Assembly: GCA_001781095.1 (NCBI GenBank)
Contig: MFKU01000010.1
Location: forward strand, 14,254-78,253
Source of the DNA: Candidatus Kaiserbacteria bacterium RIFCSPHIGHO2_01_FULL_53_31
GTDB taxonomy: Bacteria > Patescibacteriota > Minisyncoccia > Phycocordibacterales > Phycocordibacteraceae
DNA length: 64,000 nucleotides
Direction of reading: 5' to 3'
Shown: positions 49,301 to 58,403 of the stretch, piece by piece
How the letters are laid out: each line of letters opens with the position of its first letter
How positions within the stretch are numbered: the stretch's first letter is position 1
Made by a program: the position numbers and the translations under genes
Notes under the pieces: generated by a model
Seen by the model: the letters and a program-made list of their open reading frames with translations, nothing else
Databases searched by the model: none
Told to the model about the DNA's origin: nothing

Positions 49301-50069
49301 GCTTCGCGAGCTTTTCGCGCTCTGCGGCACCTGCCTTTTCATAGCGAGCAAGCAACGTCTTCTCGAGCTCCTTGATATCAAGCGCGCGGAAAATATCATA
49401 AATGGCCTCCGCGCCGATACGCGCTTCGAAGAGGCCTCCGTACTTGACCGAGTAGCGATGATACTCGAGCTCATCGAGCACCTTGCCGATGACGACGCCT
49501 TCGATCTCGGCCTTTGCGAGCGTCATCTTCACCTTCAGTGCATCGCGCTCCTTATCGCCAGTAATGGATTTGTACTTGGACTTGTATTCGCTCTCCAGTT
49601 CGGCGAGGAGACGTTTCTTCTCCTCCTCGGCAATTTTAGTAATGATATAGCCCGCGAAATAGATGACTTTCTCAACGTCCGCTGCTGAAGCACCAAGAAT
49701 AAGCGCCATGCGCGACGGCACACTGCGGAGGAACCAGATATGCGCGACGGGCGTACAGAGCTCGATATGCCCCATGCGCTCACGACGCACGATCGAGCGC
49801 GTTATCTCGACACCGCATTTATCGCAGACGATCCCTTTATAGCGGATACCTTTGTACTTGCCGCAGTAACATTCGTAGTCCTTCTCGGGGCCGAATATCT
49901 TTTCGTCGAAGAGCCCGTGTTTCTCGGAGCGTTGCGTGCGGTAATTGATGGTCTCCGGCTTGGTGACCTCGCCGCTCGACCACGCGAGAATGCGTTCCGG
50001 CGATGCGAGCGCGAGACGCAGACCATTCCAGGTGTCTCGTAGCGGAAGTTTTCGGGGAGTGAATGCCAT
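46350..50069 (-). CDS. rpoC: RNA polymerase beta' subunit
   Basis: NADFDGDQM, KPETINYRT, SAASFEQT. Confidence 0.98.
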   Translation of the reverse strand: MAFTPRKLPLRDTWNGLRLALASPERILAWSSGEVTKPETINYRTQRSEKHGLFDEKIFGPEKDYECYCGKYKGIRYKGIVCDKCGVEITRSIVRRERMGHIELCTPVAHIWFLRSVPSRMALILGASAADVEKVIYFAGYIITKIAEEEKKRLLAELESEYKSKYKSITGDKERDALKVKMTLAKAEIEGVVIGKVLDELEYHRYSVKYGGLFEARIGAEAIYDIFRALDIKELEKTLLARYEKAGAAEREKLAKRLSLIAGLIASHIRPEWLFLTRIPIIPPALRPMVALEGGRHATSDVNDLYRRVINRNNRLKKLLDIHAPEVILRNEKRILQEAVDALLDNSIRKGSASGGALTAAQRRPLKSLADYLKGKQGYFRQNLLGKRVDYSGRSVIVVGPDLELDECGLPKHMALELFRPFVIAGLLSRELAFNIRGAGRLIEDGVSEVWEILEEAIAGKYVLLNRAPTLHRQGIQAFRPRLIEGDAIQLHPLVCNAFNADFDGDQMAVHLPLSEEAQWEAKNVMSANKNILKPGSGDIIVLTGKPLDIILGVYWLTKAVDGAKGEGEYFASPNAAILASEYGAIDRRAKIKVLPVAGKEKYAAFEGHVFETTVGKLLFNTVLPSDYPFIGDTITKKVLARIVNDCIFRYGIDAVPNIVNKVKRFGFEYATKSGVSWAIDDVAVPKEKPRIIAAANAKVAKIEEDFQNGLLAPEEKRRMAIEIWQGAKQEVEEQVALELNPMGSVADMVRSGARGSMGNLTQMAGMKGLIQNTAGETIEVPIASSFSEGLNPIEYFMSTHGARKGLTDTALGTAKAGYLTRRLFDVAQDSIVTEKDCGTKRGVNINRTSFSGIQIDYAEVLRGRVLADDVKDADGTVLFKRGQYLSAGDAEALSAAASVSSVVARSPMSCETRYGVCQTCYGMDLTTQELVDLGEAVGTVAAQAIGEPGTQLTMRTFHAGGVASIGGDITSGLPRVEEVFEKRSPKNPAVISKSDGLVTEIKEAGREKVVVVAPSAGQGKKDGSVYEYLAPYPRVPLVRAGDAVVKGQVLTDGSADLDDLFEYAGRSVVQEYIIAEASKIYELQGASVSRKHLEVVVKQMFSRVKITNTGDTDYSVGDVVEDWEFEKAVKEMDVANKLPPKSEEIVLGIKESALSRRSFLSAASFEQTTKILINAALRGSVDRLRGLKENVILGRLIPAGTGFSGSKKFAHIAKLQAERPAPIPAERTSFNIRPSRTL

Positions 50070-50113
50070 AAATAATTAAGAGGTTACAGATGGTAGGTTT
50101 TAATAAATTGCAA

Positions 50114-53100
50114 TCACTCCTCCGGCGCGGGCGGAAGATTCAGAGGTTCGACGTCAAGTCCGAGACCGCGGATCTGATTAGTAAGGACCGAGAATGATGC
50201 TGGTGTGCCGGTATGCAATATCGCTTCGCCGCGAACAATCGCGTCGAAGGCCGCTGAACGACCCTGGATATCATCCGACTTGATTGTAAGCATCTCGCGC
50301 AGCGTGTATGCAGCGCCATAGCCGAGGAGCGCCCAGACCTCCATTTCGCCAAAGCGCTGGCCGCCGTTCTGCGCCTTGCCGCCCAAAGGTTGCTGCGTAA
50401 TGAGACTGTAGGGACCGATCGAACGCATGTGGATTTTGTCCTCCACCATGTGATGGAGCTTGAGGATATACATGTAGCCGACGGCGATAGTCTGCGCGAA
50501 TGGCTCGCCGCTGCAACCATCGTAGAGCTGCATCTTTCCTGAACGCGAGAAGCCGGCGGTCTCGAGCTCGTCGCGTATTTCGTCAGCGGTCGCGCCGGCA
50601 AACGGAGGGACGACTGCCTGATACCCGAGTGTGTTCGCGGCGAGTCCGAGGTGCAATTCAAGAATTTGTCCGAGGTTCATACGGCTCGGCACGCCGAGTG
50701 GCGTGAGAATAATATCGACCGGATTGCCGTCTTTGTCATACGGCATGTCTTCGACCGGCAGTACGCGGCTGATGACACCCTTGTTGCCATGACGTCCCGC
50801 AAGTTTATCGCCGACGGATACATTGCGTACTTGCGCGACAGTGATGACGATTTTCTTGATGATGCCGCTCTCGAGCTGATCGCCTTTCTCACGCGAAAAT
50901 ACCCTCACGCCGATGATGCGTCCACGCTTCCCGCCTTCCATGCGCAGCGAGGTGTCCTTCACATCCTTTGCCTTATCGCCGAAAATGCTGCGTAAGAGAC
51001 GCTCTTCAGGCGTGAGCTGCGTCTCGCCCTTTGGCGTCACTTTGCCGACGAGAATATCCCCCGAGCGCACTTCGGCACCGATGCGAATAACGCCCTCTTC
51101 GTCGAGGTTCTTCAATCGCAGTTCGCCCACGTTCGGGATGTCATGTGTCGTTGTCTCCGGGCCAAGCTTCGTGTCTCGCACGACGCACTCGAAGTCTTCA
51201 GTGTGCACCGTGGTGAATTTCGCTTCCTCAACGAGACGTTCGGAAATGATGATGGCGTCTTCGTAGTTCGCCCCGTTCCAACTCATAAACGCCACACGCA
51301 CGTTCTGGCCGAGCGCGAGTTGACCCTGATCGGTCGATGAGTTATCCGCAAGCACATCACCTTTCTTCACTTTGTCGCCCATGCGGACAGACGGCCGTTG
51401 GAGGAACGCCGAGTTCTGATTGGTCTGTGTGAGTCCCTGGAGGCGATACTCCCGCTTCTTTCCCTCTTTGTTGGTTACGATAATCTTGCGCGCATCAACA
51501 TAGGTGACATCGCCCGATTCAAGAGCGAGCACGAGGCGGCCCGTGCTGCGCGCAGCATGCGTCTCGATACCTGTTGAAACGACAGGCGCCTCTGGGATGA
51601 GGACCGGCGTCGCCTGCTTTTGCATGTTCGAACCCATGAGCGCGCGGTTCGCGTCGTCGTGGTCGACGAAAGGAATCATCGAGGTCGCGATGGAGAACAT
51701 TTGATACGTGGAAGCGTCCATTAAGGTCACCGCGTCGCGCGGTACGATAATGGGATCTCCCTTGTGACGGGCCTCGACCGATTCAAGCGAGATACGGTCA
51801 TGCTCGTCGATCTTCGTGGCGCCATGCGCGATCATCTCGAGCTCTTCATCGAGCGCGTTCAAATACACAATCTCATCAGTGACTTTCCCTTTATGCACGC
51901 GAACATACGGCGTTTCAATAACACCGAAGTCATTGGTTCGTGCATGCGTTGCGAGACGGAGAATAAGACCAATGTTCTGACCTTCAGGAGTGTGGATTGG
52001 ACAAAGGCGGCCGTAGTGCGAAGGATGCACGTCGCGCACTTCGAAGCCTGCTCGCTCGCGGGTGAGCCCGCCGGGACCGAGCGCGGAGAGGGTGCGCATG
52101 TTCTCGAGCTCTGCGAGAATGTTCTGTTGATCCATAAATTGCGAGAGCTGGTTCGCCGTGAAGAACTCATGCACCGATGCCTGGAACGGACGAGGGTTCA
52201 CAAGTGCGAGCGGTAGAGTCGTCTCGCTCTCGATGGTCGACATGCGGTCCTGAATATTGCGTTTCATGCGACTCATGCCGACACGCATGCGCGCCTGCAA
52301 TAGTTCGCCGACAAAACGGACGCGGCGAAAACCGAGATGATCGATATCGTCCGGGCGTGCGTTCGGATCAGTATTCAACTTTGTAATTTCTGAAATGATT
52401 CGCACGAAATCCGCAAGCGTGAGTGTGCGCTTATCGAGCGTCTTCTCGGTTACCGGGAGGCCGAAACGCGCATTCAAGCGGTGGCGACCCACTTTCCCGA
52501 GATCGTAGCGCTCTGCCCCGAAGAGCGACTGTACGAAGTTCTTCGCGTTCTCAGACGTGACGAGGTCTCCGTCCCGCATGCGGCGATGGATCTCGATATA
52601 GGCCTCCTCGACTGAGGTGGCCTCATTGTGCTCGAGTGTCGCCTGCATCGCCGCGAGCGCGAGTGGCTCATTCACAAAATGCTTCAACGTTTCCTTCCCT
52701 ACTCCGCCGCCAAAAACCGTGAGGAGCTCCGTGATCGGGAACTTGCGCTTCCGGTCAATCTTCACGAAGATCGCGCCGTCCGCTTCTGAATCTATCTCTA
52801 TCCAGACACCGCGCAGTGGAATAATCTTCGCACCGAAAAAAGGTTTCCCCCGAATGAGTTCAGAGACGAAGAACGCGCCAAACGAGCGTGCGAGTTGCGG
52901 GACGATAGCACGCTCCACGCCAGAGACGATGAACGAACCATGCGGCGTCATAATAGGCATGTCCGCGAGAAAAAGTTCCTGCGACTTCTCGGATCCCAAT
53001 GTCTTGTTGACGAGCTTCACAGTCGCCTTGATTGGCGCCTCGTAAGTGCGCATGTTCTCACGTGCAAATTCCTCGTCATACTTCGGTTCGCCTATTTCAA

Positions 53101-53290
53101 AACTTTCAAACTGCAGTTCAAACTTCTTCCCCGAATAGTCGGCGATCGGTGAAAATTCCTTAAAGAGCTCGGTGAGGCCGTTCGTGAGAAGCCAGTCGAA
53201 TGACCCACGCTGGTGCCCGACGAGATCTGGGAACGGCACGTGCGGCGCTCGATATGCACCGAAGGTCTTCTGGGGGAGGTTCTTACGCAT
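50114..53290 (-). CDS. rpoB: RNA polymerase beta subunit
   Basis: GDKLAGRHGNKG, GQRFGEMEVWAL; start ATG 53290 (MRKNLPQKTF). Confidence 0.98.
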   Translation of the reverse strand: MRKNLPQKTFGAYRAPHVPFPDLVGHQRGSFDWLLTNGLTELFKEFSPIADYSGKKFELQFESFEIGEPKYDEEFARENMRTYEAPIKATVKLVNKTLGSEKSQELFLADMPIMTPHGSFIVSGVERAIVPQLARSFGAFFVSELIRGKPFFGAKIIPLRGVWIEIDSEADGAIFVKIDRKRKFPITELLTVFGGGVGKETLKHFVNEPLALAAMQATLEHNEATSVEEAYIEIHRRMRDGDLVTSENAKNFVQSLFGAERYDLGKVGRHRLNARFGLPVTEKTLDKRTLTLADFVRIISEITKLNTDPNARPDDIDHLGFRRVRFVGELLQARMRVGMSRMKRNIQDRMSTIESETTLPLALVNPRPFQASVHEFFTANQLSQFMDQQNILAELENMRTLSALGPGGLTRERAGFEVRDVHPSHYGRLCPIHTPEGQNIGLILRLATHARTNDFGVIETPYVRVHKGKVTDEIVYLNALDEELEMIAHGATKIDEHDRISLESVEARHKGDPIIVPRDAVTLMDASTYQMFSIATSMIPFVDHDDANRALMGSNMQKQATPVLIPEAPVVSTGIETHAARSTGRLVLALESGDVTYVDARKIIVTNKEGKKREYRLQGLTQTNQNSAFLQRPSVRMGDKVKKGDVLADNSSTDQGQLALGQNVRVAFMSWNGANYEDAIIISERLVEEAKFTTVHTEDFECVVRDTKLGPETTTHDIPNVGELRLKNLDEEGVIRIGAEVRSGDILVGKVTPKGETQLTPEERLLRSIFGDKAKDVKDTSLRMEGGKRGRIIGVRVFSREKGDQLESGIIKKIVITVAQVRNVSVGDKLAGRHGNKGVISRVLPVEDMPYDKDGNPVDIILTPLGVPSRMNLGQILELHLGLAANTLGYQAVVPPFAGATADEIRDELETAGFSRSGKMQLYDGCSGEPFAQTIAVGYMYILKLHHMVEDKIHMRSIGPYSLITQQPLGGKAQNGGQRFGEMEVWALLGYGAAYTLREMLTIKSDDIQGRSAAFDAIVRGEAILHTGTPASFSVLTNQIRGLGLDVEPLNLPPAPEE

Positions 53291-53603
53291 GTGATTGGGG
53301 TGAATTAATAGAAGTTTGAACGTATACAAACAGAAGCACACAAACAAAAGCGCGCTCTCGCTTTGCGTTTCTTCTGTGCCCGTATGAATCTGGCGCCCCG
53401 CCCTCCGCTACTCACCCGTATCTCAATTTCTAATGTATCAGCCCCCGTATTTTTGTGCAAGTGGGTGTGGGGATAAAGAGAAAGGCGGCCTGTTGTTCAG
53501 GTCGCCCGGGCCGGGGGTCTCTGGAAGCCTAAGCTTCTTTGTAGGCGTGCCGCAAACGCCTCGTTGTTCGGCCCGAAAGCCTACACCACCCGATAGCTAT
53601 AAT

Positions 53604-54257
53604 TTATTTCTTGCTACGCCAGTTGTCAATGTTTGCGTGATGGCCGGTTTGAAGAACTTTCGGGACCCGATAATTCTTCTTTTTGTATGAAATGGTTTCG
53701 GGGCGGGTGTAGACCGCCGAGGAGGCGATGCGACGCTCCTCGACGGACGCATCCTTGCCGAGCACGCCCGGGAGACGGCGCGTGACTGCATCCACGATCG
53801 CGAGTGCAGGTATCTCGCCGCCGGTGTATACAGCCTCGCCAACTGCAAATTCCTTTACGGTTGCAAGTGTTTTTAGAATCTTCTTCGCGCGTTCATCAAT
53901 GCCTTCATAGCGACCGCAGACGAGCACTACATCATCATACTTAGTGAGTTTGTCGGCATCTTTATTCGTGAACTGCTTCCCGCTTGGGCTGAACCAAACA
54001 ATGACCGTAAGGCGTTGCCTTACGGTTTTGCCCAAGGCTGCCTGAACAGCCTTAACTATAGGCAGCGCTGACATCACCATCCCTGGCCCCCCGCCATACG
54101 GGCGCTCGTCCACCTTGCCCCATTTGTTGTCGACAAAATCGCGTGGGTTCTGATACTTCACTACCATCTTCTTCTCTTTCCGCGCGCGCCCGATGATCGA
54201 TGCATTTAAATAAGCATCGCAGGCTTCTGGAAACAGTGTGATGAGATGAAATTTCAC
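53604..54257 (-). CDS. trmD: tRNA (guanine-N1)-methyltransferase
   Basis: ITLFPE, VDERPYGGGPGM, CGRYEGID, TGGE. Confidence 0.96.
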   Translation of the reverse strand: MKFHLITLFPEACDAYLNASIIGRARKEKKMVVKYQNPRDFVDNKWGKVDERPYGGGPGMVMSALPIVKAVQAALGKTVRQRLTVIVWFSPSGKQFTNKDADKLTKYDDVVLVCGRYEGIDERAKKILKTLATVKEFAVGEAVYTGGEIPALAIVDAVTRRLPGVLGKDASVEERRIASSAVYTRPETISYKKKNYRVPKVLQTGHHANIDNWRSKK

Positions 54258-54259
54258 TT

Positions 54260-54559
54260 TTACAACTCCTCAACAACTTGGTCGACGGTTTTTGATTCGG
54301 TATCGCGTTTGCCACCGACGGGCTCATTGATTTTTAGATTTACCCGTGCATTCCCTTTCATACCAACCACGCGAAGCAGAATGCGCAATGCCTCGGCGGT
54401 CTTGCCGCTCTTGCCGATAATCTTACCCATGTCATCGGGGTGCACGGTGAGAGTGAGGAGTACTCCCATTTGATCAATGGTGCGCGTTGTTTCTACAGAT
54501 TCCGGATGATCGACAAGCGCTTTAACTGCGTATTCGAGAAATGTTTGGTCTGGTTCCAT
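54260..54559 (-). CDS. khpA: KH-domain RNA-binding protein (KhpA/YlqC)
   Basis: DMGKIIGKSGKTA; between rpsP and trmD. Confidence 0.9.
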   Translation of the reverse strand: MEPDQTFLEYAVKALVDHPESVETTRTIDQMGVLLTLTVHPDDMGKIIGKSGKTAEALRILLRVVGMKGNARVNLKINEPVGGKRDTESKTVDQVVEEL

Positions 54560-54594
54560 AGGGATATGTTAGCTATTCCGCCAAAGGCGGCAGG

Positions 54595-55119
54595 TTAGGT
54601 GGCAGGAGTTTCTTCTGTAGCCGGAGTTCCCTCGACAGGAACTTCTTCGGCTGGCGTTTCCGCTGGGGCTTCTTCGGCTGCTGGCTCTGCTTCTGCCACT
54701 ACCTCTGCCTCAGTCGGCATGGGAGATACCTCATCTGCTGCGGGAGCCGCTAGTGCAGTTTCGCTTTCGGTCTTTACTGCCTCGGCCTCTGCGGCAGTTT
54801 TCTTTTCTGCTTCAGCCGCTGCCGCAACCGCCTCCTCATCTACTTGCGGCGTTTTCTTCGGAAGGACATTCACCTTTTTACCGGTGAGTACGCCTTTATT
54901 AATCAAGAGATTGCGAATAGAATCAGTCGGTTGAGCACCCTTAGCGATCCATTCCTTCACTTTTGCCTCGTTCAAAGTGAGCGCCTTACTGCGAGGATTA
55001 TACGTGCCAAGCTGTTCGACTATATTGCCGGTCTTAGCAGCACGCTCCTTTTCCAAAACGGCAATGCGAAATGCCGGATCATTGGTCCGGCCGATGCGCT
55101 GAAATCGAATCATCAACAT
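54595..55119 (-). CDS. rpsP: 30S ribosomal protein S16 with acidic Ala/Glu/Pro tail
   Basis: IRFQRIG, LGTYNP, GAQPTDSI. Confidence 0.96.
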   Translation of the reverse strand: MLMIRFQRIGRTNDPAFRIAVLEKERAAKTGNIVEQLGTYNPRSKALTLNEAKVKEWIAKGAQPTDSIRNLLINKGVLTGKKVNVLPKKTPQVDEEAVAAAAEAEKKTAAEAEAVKTESETALAAPAADEVSPMPTEAEVVAEAEPAAEEAPAETPAEEVPVEGTPATEETPAT

Positions 55120-55167
55120 GAGTGCGACTATAGCAGAAGGACGCAGATATTGCTAGAGTAGAGCTAA

Positions 55168-57120
55168 ATGGCTGGTTCTGAACTCTATGAAGGCCCGATA
55201 GCGATGACCCGCAAGGGTTTCGGCTTTTTTTCGATTGGCGAAGATAAAGAGGATCTCCTTATACCGCCTGAATCAACAAACCATGCCCTCTCGGGCGATA
55301 TCGTAAAGGTGACCCCCGCGGGAACATATCGCGACCCAATGGGAAAAATGCCGCCGCGAGAGGCTGGCACAGTAGTCGAGATCGTCTCGCGCGCCCGCGA
55401 GTCCTTCGTCGGTACACTCGTCCCATCTGAGGAACGGCCCGGAATCATTCTCCTCCAGCCTGACTACAAGCGGATGCATGTGCCACTCGAAGTGAGAGAT
55501 GCCCAAGATGCTCCTCTAGGCTATAAAGTCCTCGTTGAAATGAAGGGTTGGGACGACGATATTGCCTACCCATGGGGTGTCGTCACCGAGAAGATCGGCG
55601 AGGCTGGCGTGCATGAGACCGAGATGCGCGCGCTTGTCCTCGGCCAAGGATTCTCGAGTGACTTCCCTCCCGGTGTGATGAGTGACGCACACGACCTCGA
55701 GTTGAATGGCCGAACCCAAATCAAAGAAGAAGTTGCCAAAGGAACGCGTAGAGATTTCCGCGCTATCCCGACCTGCACCATCGACCCTTTTGATGCAAAA
55801 GATTTTGACGATGCACTCTCGGTGCGAAAGCTCGACGATGGGAATAGCGAAATTGGCGTGCATATCGCCGACGTCTCATTCTTCGTGAAGCCAAGCACAA
55901 ACCTCGACAAAGAGGCCTATGCCCGAGCAACAAGTGTGTACCTCGTCGACCGCACGGTGCCGATGCTCCCTGAGATTCTTTCAAATGACCTCTGTTCACT
56001 AAAGCAGGGTGAGGATCGCCTCTCCGTCTCTGCAGTTTTTACACTCGACAAAGACGCCAACATTGTGGACACGTGGTTTGGCGAGACTGTGATTCACTCT
56101 GCGAAGCGCTTTGTCTATGAAGAAGCTCAGGATGTCCTCGATAACGGCGAAGGGACGCTGCATGAAGAGCTCGCGCTCATGCTCGATCTATCGAAGAAGA
56201 TTCGCACCCGTCGTCAGGCGAAGGGTGCGATCGAATTCGACACCGTCGAAGTTAAGGTCGAGCTCGACCAAACCGGTAAGCCGATCGCGATTCGCTTGAA
56301 GGAGCGCAAAGCGACTAATCTCATGATCGAGGACTTCATGCTTCTCGCGAACGAGGCCGTGGCGAAGCATCTCTCAGATCTCACGAGTAATGGCGGCCCT
56401 CACTTCGCTTCGCTTTACCGCATCCACGATGAGCCAGACGCCGACCGGATCGAGAATCTAGCGAACCTTCTTAGGATTATGGGTTATCAACTTAAGACAA
56501 AAGCTGGAAAAGTCTCGGGCGCTGAATTAAATAAACTGCTCGATGCGGTGAAAGGCAAACCTGAAGAGTACCTCGTAAAGACAGCTACGCTTCGCTCGAT
56601 GAGTAAGGCAGTGTACGCGACACAGAACATCGGTCATTTCGGTCTCGCCTTTGATTTTTATACTCATTTCACTTCCCCGATCCGGCGCTACCCTGACCTC
56701 ATCATCCATCGCCTCATCAAAGCGCACGCCGGCGGCGACCTGATCACACCTACAGAAATGCAGGAGTTCGACAAACTCGCACTGCACGCATCAGAGCGCG
56801 AGGTGGCGGCATCCGACGCCGAGCGCGACTCAGTCAAGATGAAGCAGGTAGAATTTCTCTCGACAAAAATTGGCGAGACCTTTGACGCCGTTATCTCGGG
56901 TGTGACCGAGCGCGGTCTCTATGTCGAGGAGCAAACAACCCACGCTGACGGGATGATCATGATCCGTAATGTCGGTGATGACTATTTTGAATTTGACGAA
57001 AAGCATTACCGCCTCGTCGGCCGCCGCACGCACAAAGCCTTCCAACTTGGCGATCCTATCCGCGTCAAATTGATGGCCGCCCGCATCCCCGAAAAAGAAT
57101 TGGATTTTGTTCCCGCCTAA
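55168..57120 (+). CDS. rnr: Ribonuclease R
   Basis: TIDPFDAKDFDDA, YTHFTSPIRRYPD, C-terminal S1 domain. Confidence 0.96.
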   Translation: MAGSELYEGPIAMTRKGFGFFSIGEDKEDLLIPPESTNHALSGDIVKVTPAGTYRDPMGKMPPREAGTVVEIVSRARESFVGTLVPSEERPGIILLQPDYKRMHVPLEVRDAQDAPLGYKVLVEMKGWDDDIAYPWGVVTEKIGEAGVHETEMRALVLGQGFSSDFPPGVMSDAHDLELNGRTQIKEEVAKGTRRDFRAIPTCTIDPFDAKDFDDALSVRKLDDGNSEIGVHIADVSFFVKPSTNLDKEAYARATSVYLVDRTVPMLPEILSNDLCSLKQGEDRLSVSAVFTLDKDANIVDTWFGETVIHSAKRFVYEEAQDVLDNGEGTLHEELALMLDLSKKIRTRRQAKGAIEFDTVEVKVELDQTGKPIAIRLKERKATNLMIEDFMLLANEAVAKHLSDLTSNGGPHFASLYRIHDEPDADRIENLANLLRIMGYQLKTKAGKVSGAELNKLLDAVKGKPEEYLVKTATLRSMSKAVYATQNIGHFGLAFDFYTHFTSPIRRYPDLIIHRLIKAHAGGDLITPTEMQEFDKLALHASEREVAASDAERDSVKMKQVEFLSTKIGETFDAVISGVTERGLYVEEQTTHADGMIMIRNVGDDYFEFDEKHYRLVGRRTHKAFQLGDPIRVKLMAARIPEKELDFVPA

Positions 57121-57191
57121 GTTAGGCGACACATCAATATTTCTATCCAGTCCATACTATATAGCGTACTACAAGTAAAACAACCACCGGG

Positions 57192-57220
57192 AAAGTTAGG
57201 ACATCGGATGTCCTAACTTT
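57192..57220. repeat. REP-like palindrome at the RAYT 3' end
   Basis: aaagttaggacatc-g-gatgtcctaacttt, perfect 14-bp arms. Confidence 0.88.
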
Positions 57221-57863
57221 TGTATTCCAGATAGTCGCTTTCTTGAGCAAGGCTTGGGTCATGAATAACTTCAACGATTGTCCGCTCATACTCTGACCGC
57301 GTCCCGAGCATTGGATTAAGCACATCGGTCCTAATAATTGACGGGAAATTTCGCACGCCCAAATAATCGAGATGACTGCTCCAGCGATAGTCGAGTAATG
57401 CTTCGAGAGCCTTTTTAGTATTTCTAACCTCGCCCGCGCGCCATTCTGGATGCACATAATCGAGAGGATTGAGATGTATATAAAATGGAATATAGAGAAA
57501 ATGCGCATCACGTTTTATTTGCACCTTGCGATATTTACCCTGCCAGAGAGCACCCGAGCGTTTATGCCGATTATTGAAATATTTTGTATAGCCCATATTA
57601 ATCTTTTGCATAAACAGAGAAATCCCATTCTCGATACGTTCTGTAACGAGCAGATGATAGTGATTCTTCATTAAGCAATACGAATGGATATCGACGAGTT
57701 GTTCACGAGCATGATCTTCGCGCCGCTCATTCAGAATGTAATTCGGCGTCGTGTTGCGATCATTTAAGGCATACAGGTTGTGAATGAAGCGGAGACGGTC
57801 GTGCTTGTCTGTAACGATATCTCGTTTCTCCACCCCACGCCCAATAAGGTGCCAGAATTCCAT
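57213..57863 (-). mobile_element. REP-associated tyrosine transposase (RAYT, Y1 HUH family)
   Basis: H...RG, YCLMKNHYHLL (HUH), GALWQGKY, YIHLNP, YRWSS; palindromes at both ends. Confidence 0.9.
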
Positions 57864-57878
57864 TGCGTCATTATAGCT

Positions 57879-57906
57879 AAAGTTAGGACATCCGATGTCC
57901 TAACTT
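57879..57906. repeat. REP-like palindrome at the RAYT 5' end
   Basis: aaagttaggacatc-c-gatgtcctaactt; degenerate copies at about 57119 and 57996-58023. Confidence 0.88.
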
Positions 57907-57916
57907 GTGCATAATT

Positions 57917-57997
57917 CATGAGCTGGACAATCCTATCGAGGTCAGACTTACTGTTGCTTGCATCACTGAAAAAGAAATGGATTTTATTCCTGCATAA
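57917..57997 (+). pseudogene. Displaced diverged copy of the rnr 3' end
   Basis: HELDNPIEVRLTVACITEKEMDFIPA* versus RNase R FQLGDPIRVKLMAARIPEKELDFVPA* (14/26 identical, no gaps). Confidence 0.85.
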
Positions 57998-58021
57998 AAT
58001 TAGAACACCGGAGGTCCAACT

Positions 58022-58351
58022 TTACTTTTGCAGTTTTCTTATGAGCATAATCATTTTCTGAATTACCCAAGATAGTCCCCCTGTAGCGCAGGTTACGAAT
58101 ATGAGCATCAACCATTGTATGGAACTAATTGTTTTAATTTCTGATCGGATTGTTCCATTACGCAACGTGTAGGTACAGAGCGTGCCATGCGGCCAAATCG
58201 ACAATTCCATTTTTGCACATCCGCCTTCCTCAAAAAATGAAGATCCGCTATATAGGCAGCGATGCTCCGATATCGGCGTAGCTAATCCCCAAAACATCGC
58301 GAGACCTACGATAAATGCTAACCCACTAATAATTAGACTTAAGCGTGTCAT
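58022..58351 (-). CDS. Hypothetical two-TM membrane protein (AT-rich)
   Basis: 109-aa ORF with terminal TM helices and a Cys-containing loop. Confidence 0.6.
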   Translation of the reverse strand: MTRLSLIISGLAFIVGLAMFWGLATPISEHRCLYSGSSFFEEGGCAKMELSIWPHGTLCTYTLRNGTIRSEIKTISSIQWLMLIFVTCATGGLSWVIQKMIMLIRKLQK

Positions 58352-58403
58352 CCGTTGAACATTGTGATGTTCATATTAATTAACTTCAGAGCGACCGTTT
58401 AAG

